A stretch of 27,726 nucleotides of DNA from Candidatus Bipolaricaulia bacterium (lineage in GTDB: Bacteria; Bipolaricaulota; Bipolaricaulia; JBHIAT01). Made by a program: the position numbers and the translations under genes. Numbering within the stretch: the first letter of the stretch is position 1; each line of letters opens with the position of its first letter. Where the stretch lies: positions 1 to 27,726 of the forward strand of contig JBHIAT010000030.1 of NCBI GenBank assembly GCA_046758705.1, in the 5' to 3' direction. This document shows, in pieces, positions 1 to 9,352 of this stretch. The notes below the pieces were generated by a model. It saw only the letters and a list, made by a program, of their open reading frames with translations, was not told the DNA's origin and ran no database searches.

Positions 1-31
1 GATGGGTTTCAAATTCAAGAGCAAAGCCCTT

Positions 32-78
32 GGGCTGTCTTACCACAGGGGTTGAACCCCCGAGGCTTGCGACAGCCC
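32..78. repeat. Nested inverted repeat (hairpin or MITE-like element) downstream of the SDR gene
   Basis: GGGCTGTC (32-39) pairs with GACAGCCC (71-78); inner GGGGTT-g-AACCCC palindrome. Confidence 0.5.
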
Positions 79-96
79 TAATTCTGTCAACTGTTC

Positions 97-837
97 CTAT
101 ATCCCCCAACCCCCGCTCAGGAGGATGTTAGCTCCGTTGACATAGCGCGCTTCGTCTGAAACTAGGAAGTTGACCACCTCGACCGCATCTTGGGTCGTCC
201 CGATGTAGCCGGCAGGAATGTACTTGACCATCTTTTCCAGCTCCTCCTCCGGGGCGCTGCCGGAGTTGATGAACCCGGGAGATATCGCGTTGACGGTGAT
301 CCCATGGGGGGCCAGCAGACGGGCCAGCGATCGGGTCAGGATAAGCACGCCGACCTTGGCGATGTAGTGGGCCGTCAGTTGGGGTTGGGCCACCTGCTGA
401 TCCGCCTTGGCCATGCTGAAGTTCACGATACGACCCCAGCCACGCTCCTTCATGCCCGGTGCGACGATGCGGCTGAGGTAAAAGATGGGATGGAGATTGT
501 TATCGAACATCGAGTTCCAACCTTCGACCGTCTCTTCTAAGAGATTCACCCGGTGATAGGGTCCGGCACAGTTGATCAGCGCGTCGATTCGTCCCCACTC
601 CTCCTCCACCTGGCGCACGAACTCTTCAGCGGCGATCGGATCTGAGACATCGCTCTGCACGGCCATGCCACGGCCACCTTGTTTTTCGATTGCTTCTCGG
701 GTCTCGGCGCCCTCCCGCGCACTCGTGCGGTAGCATACGGCGATCGACCAACCGCGCTCGGCCAGGGAAAGGGCGATCGAACGCCCGATCCCGCGCGCAC
801 CGCCTGTGATCAAAGCGACCCGGTCACTCTCAGGCAT
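97..837 (-). CDS. Short-chain dehydrogenase/reductase (FabG/pteridine reductase-like)
   Basis: TGGARGIG Rossmann motif, INCAG, GITVNAISPG, YVNG; SD GGAGGG upstream; catalytic motif reads HYIAK rather than YxxxK. Confidence 0.9.
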   Translation of the reverse strand: MPESDRVALITGGARGIGRSIALSLAERGWSIAVCYRTSAREGAETREAIEKQGGRGMAVQSDVSDPIAAEEFVRQVEEEWGRIDALINCAGPYHRVNLLEETVEGWNSMFDNNLHPIFYLSRIVAPGMKERGWGRIVNFSMAKADQQVAQPQLTAHYIAKVGVLILTRSLARLLAPHGITVNAISPGFINSGSAPEEELEKMVKYIPAGYIGTTQDAVEVVNFLVSDEARYVNGANILLSGGWGI

Positions 838-882
838 AATTCCCTCCTTCTCAATCTAGTAGGCAATTGTAAGCCATCACGG

Positions 883-1365
883 TCATCCAACAGGGGGCTG
901 CATCGTATAACCGCCATCGGTCTGGACGATATAAAGGGTCAGGTCGCGATACTCACCGTTGTAGAGCGCGACCTTCCCCCGGATGATGATTCCTCCCCAT
1001 TCTGTGGTTTCATATCCTGTGTAGCGAGTTGTTTCGATCGAATTGAGTTTGGAATACTCTGAACTGTCACCTTCCCGAGGGATCAGATGATTGTCCACAT
1101 ATCCTAAACCCAGACCGTCTGCGATATATTGTGGGGTTGATACGCCAATTTCACGCTGCACTCGAAAATTCTCTGGATCGAAGTAGGTCAACACGTCATT
1201 CCACCGATGTTCCTCGATCACCTTGGCTAACCGCAACAGAAAGACTTTCAATGGCTTGTCAACCTTGATGTCAAAGTCCACGGCCAAACCGGATATGGTG
1301 ATCCAGCTGATCATGCAGCTGATAAGGATCAGGTCCAGAAAGACGGGGACAATCCGAACTCTCAT
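883..1365 (-). CDS. Hypothetical protein with N-terminal hydrophobic/signal segment
   Basis: Clean ORF, hydrophobic N-terminus; GAAGGA SD spacing fits ATG at 1365 better than 1371. Confidence 0.65.
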   Translation of the reverse strand: MRVRIVPVFLDLILISCMISWITISGLAVDFDIKVDKPLKVFLLRLAKVIEEHRWNDVLTYFDPENFRVQREIGVSTPQYIADGLGLGYVDNHLIPREGDSSEYSKLNSIETTRYTGYETTEWGGIIIRGKVALYNGEYRDLTLYIVQTDGGYTMQPPVG

Positions 1366-1542
1366 TGACATTTCCTTCTCTTCCCTCCTGCATCAAATAC
1401 TGTAATGCGAAGGAACCGCACGCGCAAATCCATCTGTAAGCAACCCCACAGTAATCTACTACTTGATCCCTTAGCATGGGTGTGGAAAGAACTTATTGTT
1501 GTTTACCTAACTCAGTAAAGGGAGAAGAAAAGGAGGATGAGG

Positions 1543-1860
1543 ATGACAGCCAGCGTGAGTGTAAACGATCGGTCGCAGGATGACTTTGTGACGGCGATGA
1601 GCCAGGGGGATGAGCTAGAGGAACTGATGAAGATCCTCCTCGATCAAGGGATTCAGCTGTTCTCAGGAGCAAGCTTTGGAGCACTGTTCTTAGCAACAGG
1701 AGAGGATTTCAGATGTGAGGCATCGGTGAAGCTGGATTACGTGGGTATTCGTCTTCCTCAAACGGTCATTCTAGAGGCGTTCGATCTGGAGAGCGGGACG
1801 GTGATGGAACGAGGAGAGTTTCAAGCGCTCGTCGATCGAGTTGGTGATCAAATGGGCTAA
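1543..1860 (+). CDS. Hypothetical acidic protein
   Basis: AGGAGG at 1531-1536, 6 nt before ATG 1543; protein-like composition; no recognised motif. Confidence 0.6.
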   Translation: MTASVSVNDRSQDDFVTAMSQGDELEELMKILLDQGIQLFSGASFGALFLATGEDFRCEASVKLDYVGIRLPQTVILEAFDLESGTVMERGEFQALVDRVGDQMG

Positions 1861-2043
1861 AGATAAGCGCGATTTGGAGAGGACGGGTGTTGGCGGATCT
1901 ATCGTCCCTGAGCGTATGTCGGCGTCGACAGCAGGCCGACACCAACACGATTCTATTATGATCTTTACCTCATCCATGAGACACTAGGAACTATGGAATA
2001 GTTGATATATCAATTCTGAGTGTGAGAAGTCCGACAGCCTATC

Positions 2044-2087
2044 TGTGAGAAACATCACAGCATTCTACCCCTCTATACCCCTATAAT
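2044..2087 (+). promoter_or_regulatory. Crp/Fnr-family site (TGTGA-N6-TCACA) plus TATAAT -10, class II-like geometry, upstream of pspC
   Basis: TGTGA gaaaca TCACA at 2044-2059; TATAAT at 2082-2087; site centre about -41.5/-42.5 from the predicted start site. Confidence 0.6.
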
Positions 2088-2149
2088 TATGATAATCCTT
2101 ATAACTATGCGTGATAATCCTCAGGTTAATTTTTAGGGGTTGATCCGCT

Positions 2150-2359
2150 ATGGCAAGCACAAGGCGGCTGTACCGTTCCCGGGACAAGCGGATGATCGCC
2201 GGTGTGTGCGGTGGGCTCGCCGAGTACTTCGACCTAGACCCAGTGCTCGTCCGGGTCGCGTTTGTGATTCTAGCGGTCGCTGGCGGCGGTGGGGTGTTGG
2301 CCTACATCCTGCTCTGGATCTTCACCTCCCTAGGCCCCCGGACGGACCCAACCGGATGA
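2150..2359 (+). CDS. pspC: PspC domain membrane protein
   Basis: RLYRSRDKRMIAGVCGGLAEYFDLDPVLVR...LAYILLWI, classic PspC signature. Confidence 0.93.
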   Translation: MASTRRLYRSRDKRMIAGVCGGLAEYFDLDPVLVRVAFVILAVAGGGGVLAYILLWIFTSLGPRTDPTG

Positions 2360-2376
2360 TCAGGAGACTGAACCCC

Positions 2377-3249
2377 ATGGCGAAACCGATCATCGGCTTG
2401 GCTCTCGGAGGCGGCGGCGCCCGGGGCTTTGCTCACATCGGTGTGCTGCGTGTTCTACTAGAGCATGGAATTCCCATTGACTGTGTGGCAGGTACCAGCA
2501 TGGGAGCGGCCGTCGGTGGTGTGTTCGTCTGCGGACGCGACATAGAGGAGCTGGCGGAGGCGATCAAGGGGGTTGACCTCAAGGAGACGCTCAGTATCCC
2601 TGAGGGACCTACCAAGACCCTACGGCGGCTCCTCGGCTGGACGGTCTCCGAGTACCTGTTTCGGCGGGATTGGCGCTCCCCCCCATCCAAAGCGCAGGCA
2701 AACGCACACGCGATGTGCGAACTGTTCGCCCAATTCACCGGCGATACCCGGTTTGAGGATTTGCGTACCCCGTTCACCGCCGTCGCCGCCGACATTGACA
2801 CCGGTGAGCCGGTCTTCATCCAGGAAGGCCTGATCTGCTGTGCAATCGAGGCGAGCGCCACCGTCCCGATGGCCTACCACCCGGTGGAGCTTGGCGGACG
2901 GTATCTCGTCGACGGCGGCGTCGTCGACCTGGTGCCCATCGATGCCGTCATTGCGATGGGTGCCGATCGGGTCATCGCCATCGATGTCGGCACAGTCCCT
3001 CTCCACGAGGCGAGATCGACCCTGGATGTTTTGATACATACCGATCTCATGGCCCGCCGCCAACTGGTCCAACTTCATGAAGCGCTCGCCCGGGAGCGGC
3101 TGGGGGAGGAGCACGTGGTGATACTCCAACCGGACGTCCAGGGGATCGACTGGACGGCGTTCGATAACATCGACGAGTGCGTCATTGTCGGCGAGCAGGA
3201 GACCGAAAAGCACCTAGACCACATCCGAGTGACAGTTGGACAGACTTGA
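2377..3249 (+). CDS. Patatin-like phospholipase (RssA/NTE family)
   Basis: LALGGGGARG oxyanion loop, GTSMG nucleophile, DGG motif; AGGAG at 2362 supports start 2377 rather than 2140. Confidence 0.92.
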   Translation: MAKPIIGLALGGGGARGFAHIGVLRVLLEHGIPIDCVAGTSMGAAVGGVFVCGRDIEELAEAIKGVDLKETLSIPEGPTKTLRRLLGWTVSEYLFRRDWRSPPSKAQANAHAMCELFAQFTGDTRFEDLRTPFTAVAADIDTGEPVFIQEGLICCAIEASATVPMAYHPVELGGRYLVDGGVVDLVPIDAVIAMGADRVIAIDVGTVPLHEARSTLDVLIHTDLMARRQLVQLHEALARERLGEEHVVILQPDVQGIDWTAFDNIDECVIVGEQETEKHLDHIRVTVGQT

Positions 3250-3289
3250 AGTAGGATCTTCGTCGGTTCCCAGAGCCATCCATGACCCC

Positions 3290-4714
3290 TCACACATCGT
3301 GGTAGAGGTGGAACTCATAGGGGTGCGGGCGGATGCGGATCGGATCCACCTCGTTTTCACGCTTGTAGGCGATCCAGGTCTCGATCAGATCCTCGGTAAA
3401 CACATCGCCTTCTAACAGGAAGTCGTGGTCGGCCTCCAGCGCGTCGAGCACCGCGGAGAGGCTGCCGGGGACCATGCTGATACCGGTCGCCTCCTCTGGA
3501 CTCAGTTCGTAGATATCTACATCCAAGGGCGTGCCCGGATCGATCCGGTTGCGGATCCCGTCGAGCCCGGCCATCAACATCGCGGCGAACGCCAGATACG
3601 GACTGCATGAAGGATCCGGCGGTCGATATTCGATCCGCTTCGTCGCCGGGTTGGACGAATACATCGGGATGCGGACGCAAGCACTCCGGTTCCGTTGCGA
3701 GTAGGCGAGGTTGACCGGTGCCTCATAACCCGGCACCAATCGCCGATACGAGTTGGTCGTCGGCGCACAGAAGGCGAGCAACGCCGGCGAATGTTTCAGC
3801 AGTCCGCCAATGTAGTACAACGCCGTCTCGCTCAGCAGGGCGTAGCCATCCTGATCGTAGAACAGGTTCTGATCGCCTTTCCACAAGCTCTGGTGTGTGT
3901 GCATCCCTGAGCCGTTGTCCTCGAACAGTGGCTTGGGCATGAACGTGACCAGCCGACCGTACTTCGCCGCCGTGTTCTTGAGAATGTATTTGTAGATCAG
4001 TAGGTGATCAGCGCAACGCGTCAGTGTATCGTAGCGCATGTCGATCTCACCCTGGCCGGCGGTCGCCACCTCGTGGTGATGCATCTCAACCGGGATCCCG
4101 GCATCGATCATGCGGCGCATCGCCTCGGTGCGCAGATCGTGGAGGCTGTCAGCCGGGGGAACCGGCGAGTAGCCCTCGCCGTAGCGAGGCTTGTAGCCGA
4201 GATTGCTCACGCCATTGATCGCCCCATTCCCGGAGTTCCAGGCCCCCTCCTGGGAATCGATCGCATAGTAACCGCTGTACACGTTCTGATCGAACCGGAT
4301 CTCGTCAAAGACGAAGAACTCCGCCTCTGGACCCCAGTAGCTGACGTCGGCGATGCCCATCTGTTTCAAATAAGCTTCGGCCTTCTGAGCGATGTAGCGT
4401 GGGTCCCGCGAGTAATTCTCCAGGGTCAACGGATCCCGGACGTTGCAAAGTAAGGTCAAAGTCAATTCCTTGTAAAACGGATCGACAAACGCGGTCCCCG
4501 GATCGGGGATGAGCAGCATGTCACTCTCCTCGATTCCCTGGAACCCGCGAATGCTGGAGCCGTCGAAGCCGAGACCCGCTTCAAACAGGTCGCTGGCGAA
4601 CGATTCGATGGGCATTGCGAAGTGATGGAGGGAGCCCGGAAGATCGGCGAACTTCAGATCGACCACCCGAATCTCCTGCTCCCCACACAGGGCAAACAAC
4701 TCTTTGATGGTCAT
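3290..4714 (-). CDS. glnA: Glutamine synthetase type I (GSI-beta)
   Basis: [57 protein letters not shown] adenylylation-site-like Tyr; AGGAGG before ATG 4714. Confidence 0.98.
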   Translation of the reverse strand: MTIKELFALCGEQEIRVVDLKFADLPGSLHHFAMPIESFASDLFEAGLGFDGSSIRGFQGIEESDMLLIPDPGTAFVDPFYKELTLTLLCNVRDPLTLENYSRDPRYIAQKAEAYLKQMGIADVSYWGPEAEFFVFDEIRFDQNVYSGYYAIDSQEGAWNSGNGAINGVSNLGYKPRYGEGYSPVPPADSLHDLRTEAMRRMIDAGIPVEMHHHEVATAGQGEIDMRYDTLTRCADHLLIYKYILKNTAAKYGRLVTFMPKPLFEDNGSGMHTHQSLWKGDQNLFYDQDGYALLSETALYYIGGLLKHSPALLAFCAPTTNSYRRLVPGYEAPVNLAYSQRNRSACVRIPMYSSNPATKRIEYRPPDPSCSPYLAFAAMLMAGLDGIRNRIDPGTPLDVDIYELSPEEATGISMVPGSLSAVLDALEADHDFLLEGDVFTEDLIETWIAYKRENEVDPIRIRPHPYEFHLYHDV

Positions 4715-4723
4715 GGTCACCTC

Positions 4724-5266
4724 CTAATTCGAACCGGAATCAGAACCAGATGCCTGGACCTCTGCAGGGAGGATTCCGAGATCCGGCTCGGAGATTTGCA
4801 GGATCTCCAAAGAGTCCAACCTATCGATCCTTTCCAACTCGATCAGATACTCACCCAGATAGGACCGCAATTTCAGCAGATCAGGGCTGGTGAACAGCGG
4901 ACCGTCCTGGTAACGAGCACACAGTTCGCCATTACGTTGGTATACCGAGATCCGTTCCCAGGTCCCGTCCTGTTGCAACACGAACAGGTAGCTGGGGAGC
5001 CGTCCGTACCTCAGCATCCCCGAGATCGTCCGTCCCATCTGTCTGGCAAGCGAGGACAGGTTGGGTGCCTCCAGGGGCCTGCCGATGACCGATGTCCGGT
5101 AACTTTCCTTAGCGAGCAGGCTTCCGTTATCCCCTGGCTTCCAATAGATCGGGATCTGCTGGATGTACTTCTCCCCGGTCACCTCCTTCAGATTCAGTTC
5201 AAAGTGATACCGGGGGGACCGGGAATCTCCTTGATAGTTCACGTTCCTCAGAATCTTGAGACTCAA
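4724..5266 (-). CDS. Hypothetical protein (180 aa) between amt and glnA
   Basis: TTG start overlaps amt TGA, with GGAGGTG SD; its stop overlaps the glnA SD; no PII motifs. Confidence 0.8.
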   Translation of the reverse strand: MSLKILRNVNYQGDSRSPRYHFELNLKEVTGEKYIQQIPIYWKPGDNGSLLAKESYRTSVIGRPLEAPNLSSLARQMGRTISGMLRYGRLPSYLFVLQQDGTWERISVYQRNGELCARYQDGPLFTSPDLLKLRSYLGEYLIELERIDRLDSLEILQISEPDLGILPAEVQASGSDSGSN

Positions 5267-6591
5267 CGCTGTTCACCTCCTAACCGCTCCTGCATCGGGA
5301 GCGGAAACTCGACCGCCTCCGGGAACTCCGGATAGGTCTCCAGACCGTGCTCTGACAGATCCAGACCGCCCAGCTCCTCCTCTTTAGAGACGCGCAACCC
5401 GACAGCCGCGTCGATGATCCAGAAAAGCACGAAGCCGGTCGCCAGCGCCCAGACGAGCACGGTGCCGGCACTGATCAGCTGAGCGAGCAGCTGATGGCCC
5501 TTGCCAGCGATCAGTCCGGTCACGCCGCCGTAGCTGCCGTCGGCGAAGATCCCGACGGCGATCAACCCCCACAGGCCGTTGACCCCATGAACTGCGCCTG
5601 CTCCCACCGGGTCGTCGATCTTCAGTTTCCACTCGATGAAGTGGGCGGCGGCCATGTAGATGATTCCGGCCACCAGCCCGATGACCAGGCTGGCCCACGG
5701 GGCGACGAACGCACACGGGGCGGTGATGCCCACCAGCCCGGCGAGCGCCCCGTTGCAGCCCTCCCCGATGCCCGGTTTCTGACCTCTGAGCAGTTGGACG
5801 GCGATCACGGCGACCGCCCCGGCCGATCCGGCTAGGAACGTGTTGGTCGCGATGATCGCGATCACCGGATCGGTTGCTGACAGCGTGCTGCCCGCGTTGA
5901 AACCGAACCAGCCGAAGAACAGCAGGAACGTCCCGGTGACGATGTAGGTGAGGTTGTGACCGGGAATGCGGTTCGGCGTCCCGTCGGAATTGTACTTGCC
6001 GATCCGCGGTCCCAACAGATATGCGGCCATCAATCCGACCAGGCCGCCCACCGCATGCACCACCCCGCTGCCGGCAAAGTCGACCGCCGCGATCTTCTCA
6101 CCTCCCGGGCCGACGGGCAGCTCGCTGAGCCAGCCGCCCCCCCAGACCCAGTGGCCGTAGATCGGGTAGATGAACGCGGTGATGACGACGGTGTAAACTA
6201 GATAGGCTCCGAACTTTAGGCGCTCAGAGACCATGCCAGCGACGATGGTGGCCGCGGTGGCGGCAAACATCATCTGGAAGATGAAATACATCGCGGTGGA
6301 CGGGTGGGCCGCCTCGCCAAGCAGCACAAAGCCGCTCGTGCCGAGAAACCGGTTGCCCGCCTCCAGCCCCGGCGCACCCCCGGAGCCCCCGAACATCAGC
6401 GCAAACCCCACCAACAGGAACACGAACGCCCCGATTGAGAAGTCCATGTAGCTTTTGGTGAGGTAGTTGGCGGTGTTTTTGACCCGCACCATCCCGGCGC
6501 CGAGCAGGGCAAACCCCGCCTGCATCAGGAAGACGAGAAATGCGGCAACCAATGTCCAGGCCATGTCGATGGATACCTGAAGCTGTTCCAC
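5263..6591 (-). CDS. amtB: Ammonium transporter
   Basis: FLMQAGFA, DFAGSGVVH and DDPVGAGAVH twin His, WFGFNAGS, C-terminal EEELGGLDLSEHG; GAGGTG SD 7 nt before GTG 6591 (6657 lies in the promoter). Confidence 0.97.
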   Translation of the reverse strand: MEQLQVSIDMAWTLVAAFLVFLMQAGFALLGAGMVRVKNTANYLTKSYMDFSIGAFVFLLVGFALMFGGSGGAPGLEAGNRFLGTSGFVLLGEAAHPSTAMYFIFQMMFAATAATIVAGMVSERLKFGAYLVYTVVITAFIYPIYGHWVWGGGWLSELPVGPGGEKIAAVDFAGSGVVHAVGGLVGLMAAYLLGPRIGKYNSDGTPNRIPGHNLTYIVTGTFLLFFGWFGFNAGSTLSATDPVIAIIATNTFLAGSAGAVAVIAVQLLRGQKPGIGEGCNGALAGLVGITAPCAFVAPWASLVIGLVAGIIYMAAAHFIEWKLKIDDPVGAGAVHGVNGLWGLIAVGIFADGSYGGVTGLIAGKGHQLLAQLISAGTVLVWALATGFVLFWIIDAAVGLRVSKEEELGGLDLSEHGLETYPEFPEAVEFPLPMQERLGGEQR

Positions 6592-6628
6592 AGTGAGACA
6601 CCTCTTCCTGGCAAACCAAATTGTGGTT

Positions 6629-6657
6629 ATTATATCATGGAATTGATCTTTTGTCAA
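6629..6657 (-). promoter_or_regulatory. Consensus sigma70 promoter of amt-orf-glnA
   Basis: TTGACA-17 nt-TATAAT with TG extended -10 on the minus strand. Confidence 0.85.
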
Positions 6658-6821
6658 GAGTTTTTCGCCAAAGATAATTTCATGTTCTCTTCAACTGGAT
6701 ATAAGAGTCTTTATGTATAATTCATTATCATATAAATAGACAATTGTATAAAAGCTGCTGGAAGATGAGATGAAACGAGGTGCACACCAAACTGTCAGGG
6801 TGAAATCGGGTTCCATCGCAT

Positions 6822-6850
6822 TTGACATCCTGTTAGAATTCGGGTAAACT
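6822..6850 (+). promoter_or_regulatory. Sigma70 promoter for tRNA-Leu-rapZ-gatA
   Basis: TTGACA-17 nt-TAAACT, 26 nt before the tRNA. Confidence 0.75.
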
Positions 6851-6876
6851 TGTGAACCTGGACCAAGACCAACCAG

Positions 6877-6968
6877 GCCGAGGTGGCGGAACTGGCAGAC
6901 GCGCATGGTTGAGGGCCATGTGGGCTATATAAATGCCCGTGCGGGTTCAAGTCCCGCCCTCGGCACCA
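6877..6968 (+). tRNA. tRNA-Leu(GAG)
   Basis: Acceptor GCCGAGG/CCTCGGC, anticodon stem CATGG/CCATG with loop TT-GAG-GG, long variable arm, GGTTCAAGTCC T-arm, encoded CCA. Confidence 0.97.
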
Positions 6969-7028
6969 ACGACCTGATACCCCACTTCTGTCGTTGAAAC
7001 AGATTCGGTCTTCTGTTAACCTCGAAGT

Positions 7029-7916
7029 ATGATGGTTGAGGCTGAGGATAAGCCGAAGTACCTTTATATCGTCACCGGAATGTCCGGGGCGGGGAAGACG
7101 ACCGCGATCCATTCGCTCGAGGATGTCGGTCTCTACTGCGTTGATAACCTGCCATCGAGCCTCCTTCCCGACTTGGCCGATCACTTTGAATCGCTGAAGG
7201 GTCGCTATAAGGGTCTGGCCATCTCGATCGATATGCGCTATCCGGAGAGTCTGGAGCATCTGGATGAGATGGGGAGGATCGCCAGGGACAAGAATTTCCA
7301 GCCTGAAGTGATCTTCTTAGACGCGGGCAATGAGATTCTTGTCAACCGGTTCAAGGAGACGAGAAGACGTCATCCTCTCGAACAAGACCACCCCCAGCTG
7401 ATCGAAGCGATCGAAGCCGAGCGGGATTATCTCAGAGCGATCAGGGGAAACGCCGATTACCTCATCGATACCTCGGACCTCTCCCTCAAGGAGCTTCGCT
7501 ACCGGATCTGGACTCAGGTATTGGGGCTCGAGCACGATGGTCAGGTCCCGGTCATCCTGACCTCCTTCGGTTATAAGTTCGGTATTCCGCTCGATGCGGC
7601 TATCATATACGATGTCCGTTTTCTTCCCAACCCCAACGATGTGGAGGAACTCCGACCGCTCAATGGAAATGACCCACAGGCTCGAGATTATATTTTGGAG
7701 CACAAGATCACTCGTGACTTTATCGACCGCTTCTTAGTGCTTCTTGAGATGAACCTTCCCCTTTACTTTGCCGAGGGGAAAACCTCCCTGCCGGTTGCGA
7801 TCGGTTGCACCGGTGGCAGGCACCGTTCGGTGGCGATCGCCAACGTACTGGCTGAGCGGCTGACGGCGGATGGATATGAGATTCGGGTGAGTCATCGGGA
7901 CATCGATAAGGAGTGA
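7029..7916 (+). CDS. rapZ: RNase adapter RapZ/YvcJ P-loop protein
   Basis: GMSGAGKT, VDNLP, SFGYKFG, DVRFLPNP, GCTGGRHRSV. Confidence 0.96.
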   Translation: MMVEAEDKPKYLYIVTGMSGAGKTTAIHSLEDVGLYCVDNLPSSLLPDLADHFESLKGRYKGLAISIDMRYPESLEHLDEMGRIARDKNFQPEVIFLDAGNEILVNRFKETRRRHPLEQDHPQLIEAIEAERDYLRAIRGNADYLIDTSDLSLKELRYRIWTQVLGLEHDGQVPVILTSFGYKFGIPLDAAIIYDVRFLPNPNDVEELRPLNGNDPQARDYILEHKITRDFIDRFLVLLEMNLPLYFAEGKTSLPVAIGCTGGRHRSVAIANVLAERLTADGYEIRVSHRDIDKE

Positions 7917-7928
7917 CAGTTCAAAACC

Positions 7929-9335
7929 TTGAAACTCAACGAGCAACCAATCCACAAACTGATCACCTTGCTCGATCGAGATGAGATCACATCGGTCGAT
8001 ATCATCAACGATCTCTATCACGCGATCGAGCACAAAGAGGATCAGGTAAAAGCCTATCTCAGCCTGGCGAGCCAGGACGAGCTAAACAGTCGAATCGACC
8101 CGGATCATTCCGGCCGGCTCCGCAACATCCCGATCGCCGTGAAGGATATTATCTCGACCGTCGACTTCATCACCACCTGCGGGTCCAAGTTTCTAAAGGA
8201 CTTCAGACCGATCTATGACGCGACCGCCATCCGCCGCTTGAAGGTCGAGGGGGCACTCATCATGGGGAAGACCAACCTCGATGAGTTCGCCATGGGGTCT
8301 TCCACCGAAAACTCGGCCTTCTTCGACACCCACAACCCCCACGATCTCGAACGGGTCCCTGGAGGATCCAGTGGGGGATCTACAGCGGCCGTCGCTGCCG
8401 GTGAGGCGATCTGCGCCCTGGGGACCGATACTGGTGGATCGATCCGGCTTCCAGCCGCTTTCTGTGGCGTCGTCGGCTTCAAACCGACCTATGGTCTCAT
8501 CTCCCGATTCGGCTTGGTGGCCTACGCCTCTTCTCTGGATCAGATCGGCCCGATCACCCGCGATGTTCAAGATGCGGCCATCCTATTGAACGTCATTGCC
8601 GGCCGCGATCTCCGTGACTCCACCTCGATCGACAGGAACACACGTGATTACACAGAGGGTCTGGGAGATGGGATCGAAGGCTGCATCATGGGTGTACCGA
8701 ACGAGTATCTGGAGGGACTCTCCGAAGAAGCACAGGCCAAGGTGAACACGTGGGTGTCCACCTTTAAGGATCTCGGCGCCGAAATCCGACAGGTCAGCCT
8801 CCCCCACACCGAATATGCGATCCCAACTTACTATCTCATCGCTTCCTCCGAGGCCAGCGCCAACTTGGCTCGCTTCGACGGCGTGCGCTATACCTCCCGA
8901 ACCAGCAACCGATCTGTCGATGAGATGTTCTCTGAAAGTCGTGATGCAGGATTTGGACCGGAGGTCAAGCGCCGCATCATGCTCGGGACTTATGCGCTCA
9001 GCGCCGGTTACTACGACCAGTTCTACGGAAAAGCCCAGAAGGTGCGGACACTCATCAAGCAGGATTTCGATGCGGTGTTCGGACAGGTCGATCTGCTGAT
9101 CGCTCCGGTCTCCCCCACCCCCGCCTTCAAGCTCGGTGAGAAGATCGATGACCCGTTGACGATGTACCTTTCCGATATCTATACTATCCCGGTCAACTTG
9201 GCTGGGATCCCGGCCATCTCCATCCCCGGCGGCCGTGTAAACGGTCTCCCCTTCGGCCTTCAAATCATCGGGGATCGTTTAATGGAGCGTCGGATCCTTC
9301 AAGCCGCCTACGCCTTCGAGCAGGCGACCCAATAG
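7929..9335 (+). CDS. gatA: Asp/Glu-tRNA amidotransferase subunit A
   Basis: IAVKD, GKTNLDEFAMGSSTENS, GGSSGGS, TDTGGSIR, EVKRRIMLGTYALSAGYYD. Confidence 0.97.
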   Translation: MKLNEQPIHKLITLLDRDEITSVDIINDLYHAIEHKEDQVKAYLSLASQDELNSRIDPDHSGRLRNIPIAVKDIISTVDFITTCGSKFLKDFRPIYDATAIRRLKVEGALIMGKTNLDEFAMGSSTENSAFFDTHNPHDLERVPGGSSGGSTAAVAAGEAICALGTDTGGSIRLPAAFCGVVGFKPTYGLISRFGLVAYASSLDQIGPITRDVQDAAILLNVIAGRDLRDSTSIDRNTRDYTEGLGDGIEGCIMGVPNEYLEGLSEEAQAKVNTWVSTFKDLGAEIRQVSLPHTEYAIPTYYLIASSEASANLARFDGVRYTSRTSNRSVDEMFSESRDAGFGPEVKRRIMLGTYALSAGYYDQFYGKAQKVRTLIKQDFDAVFGQVDLLIAPVSPTPAFKLGEKIDDPLTMYLSDIYTIPVNLAGIPAISIPGGRVNGLPFGLQIIGDRLMERRILQAAYAFEQATQ

Positions 9336-9352
9336 CTATAAGGAGGAAAAAC

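Noticed and set aside
1766-1977. Small minus-strand ORFs
   Set aside because: Overlap the plus-strand gene, no SD or recognisable motif
2002-2013. FNR box TTGAT-ATCAA
   Set aside because: Spacer is 2 nt, not the required 4
2140-2376. N-terminal extension of patatin ORF
   Set aside because: Overlaps the real pspC in another frame; SD supports 2377. ORF-track extensions of amt, aspS, cfa and the HTH gene were trimmed for similar SD/promoter reasons
6712-6732. Imperfect palindrome TATGTATAAT-TC-ATTATCATA as Fur/GlnR/TnrA/NrpR site
   Set aside because: Does not match the spacing of any of these consensus sites; AT-rich context makes chance likely
6921-6940. Long AU-rich loop in tRNA-Leu variable arm as intron or insertion
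   Set aside because: Compatible with normal class II variable-arm variation
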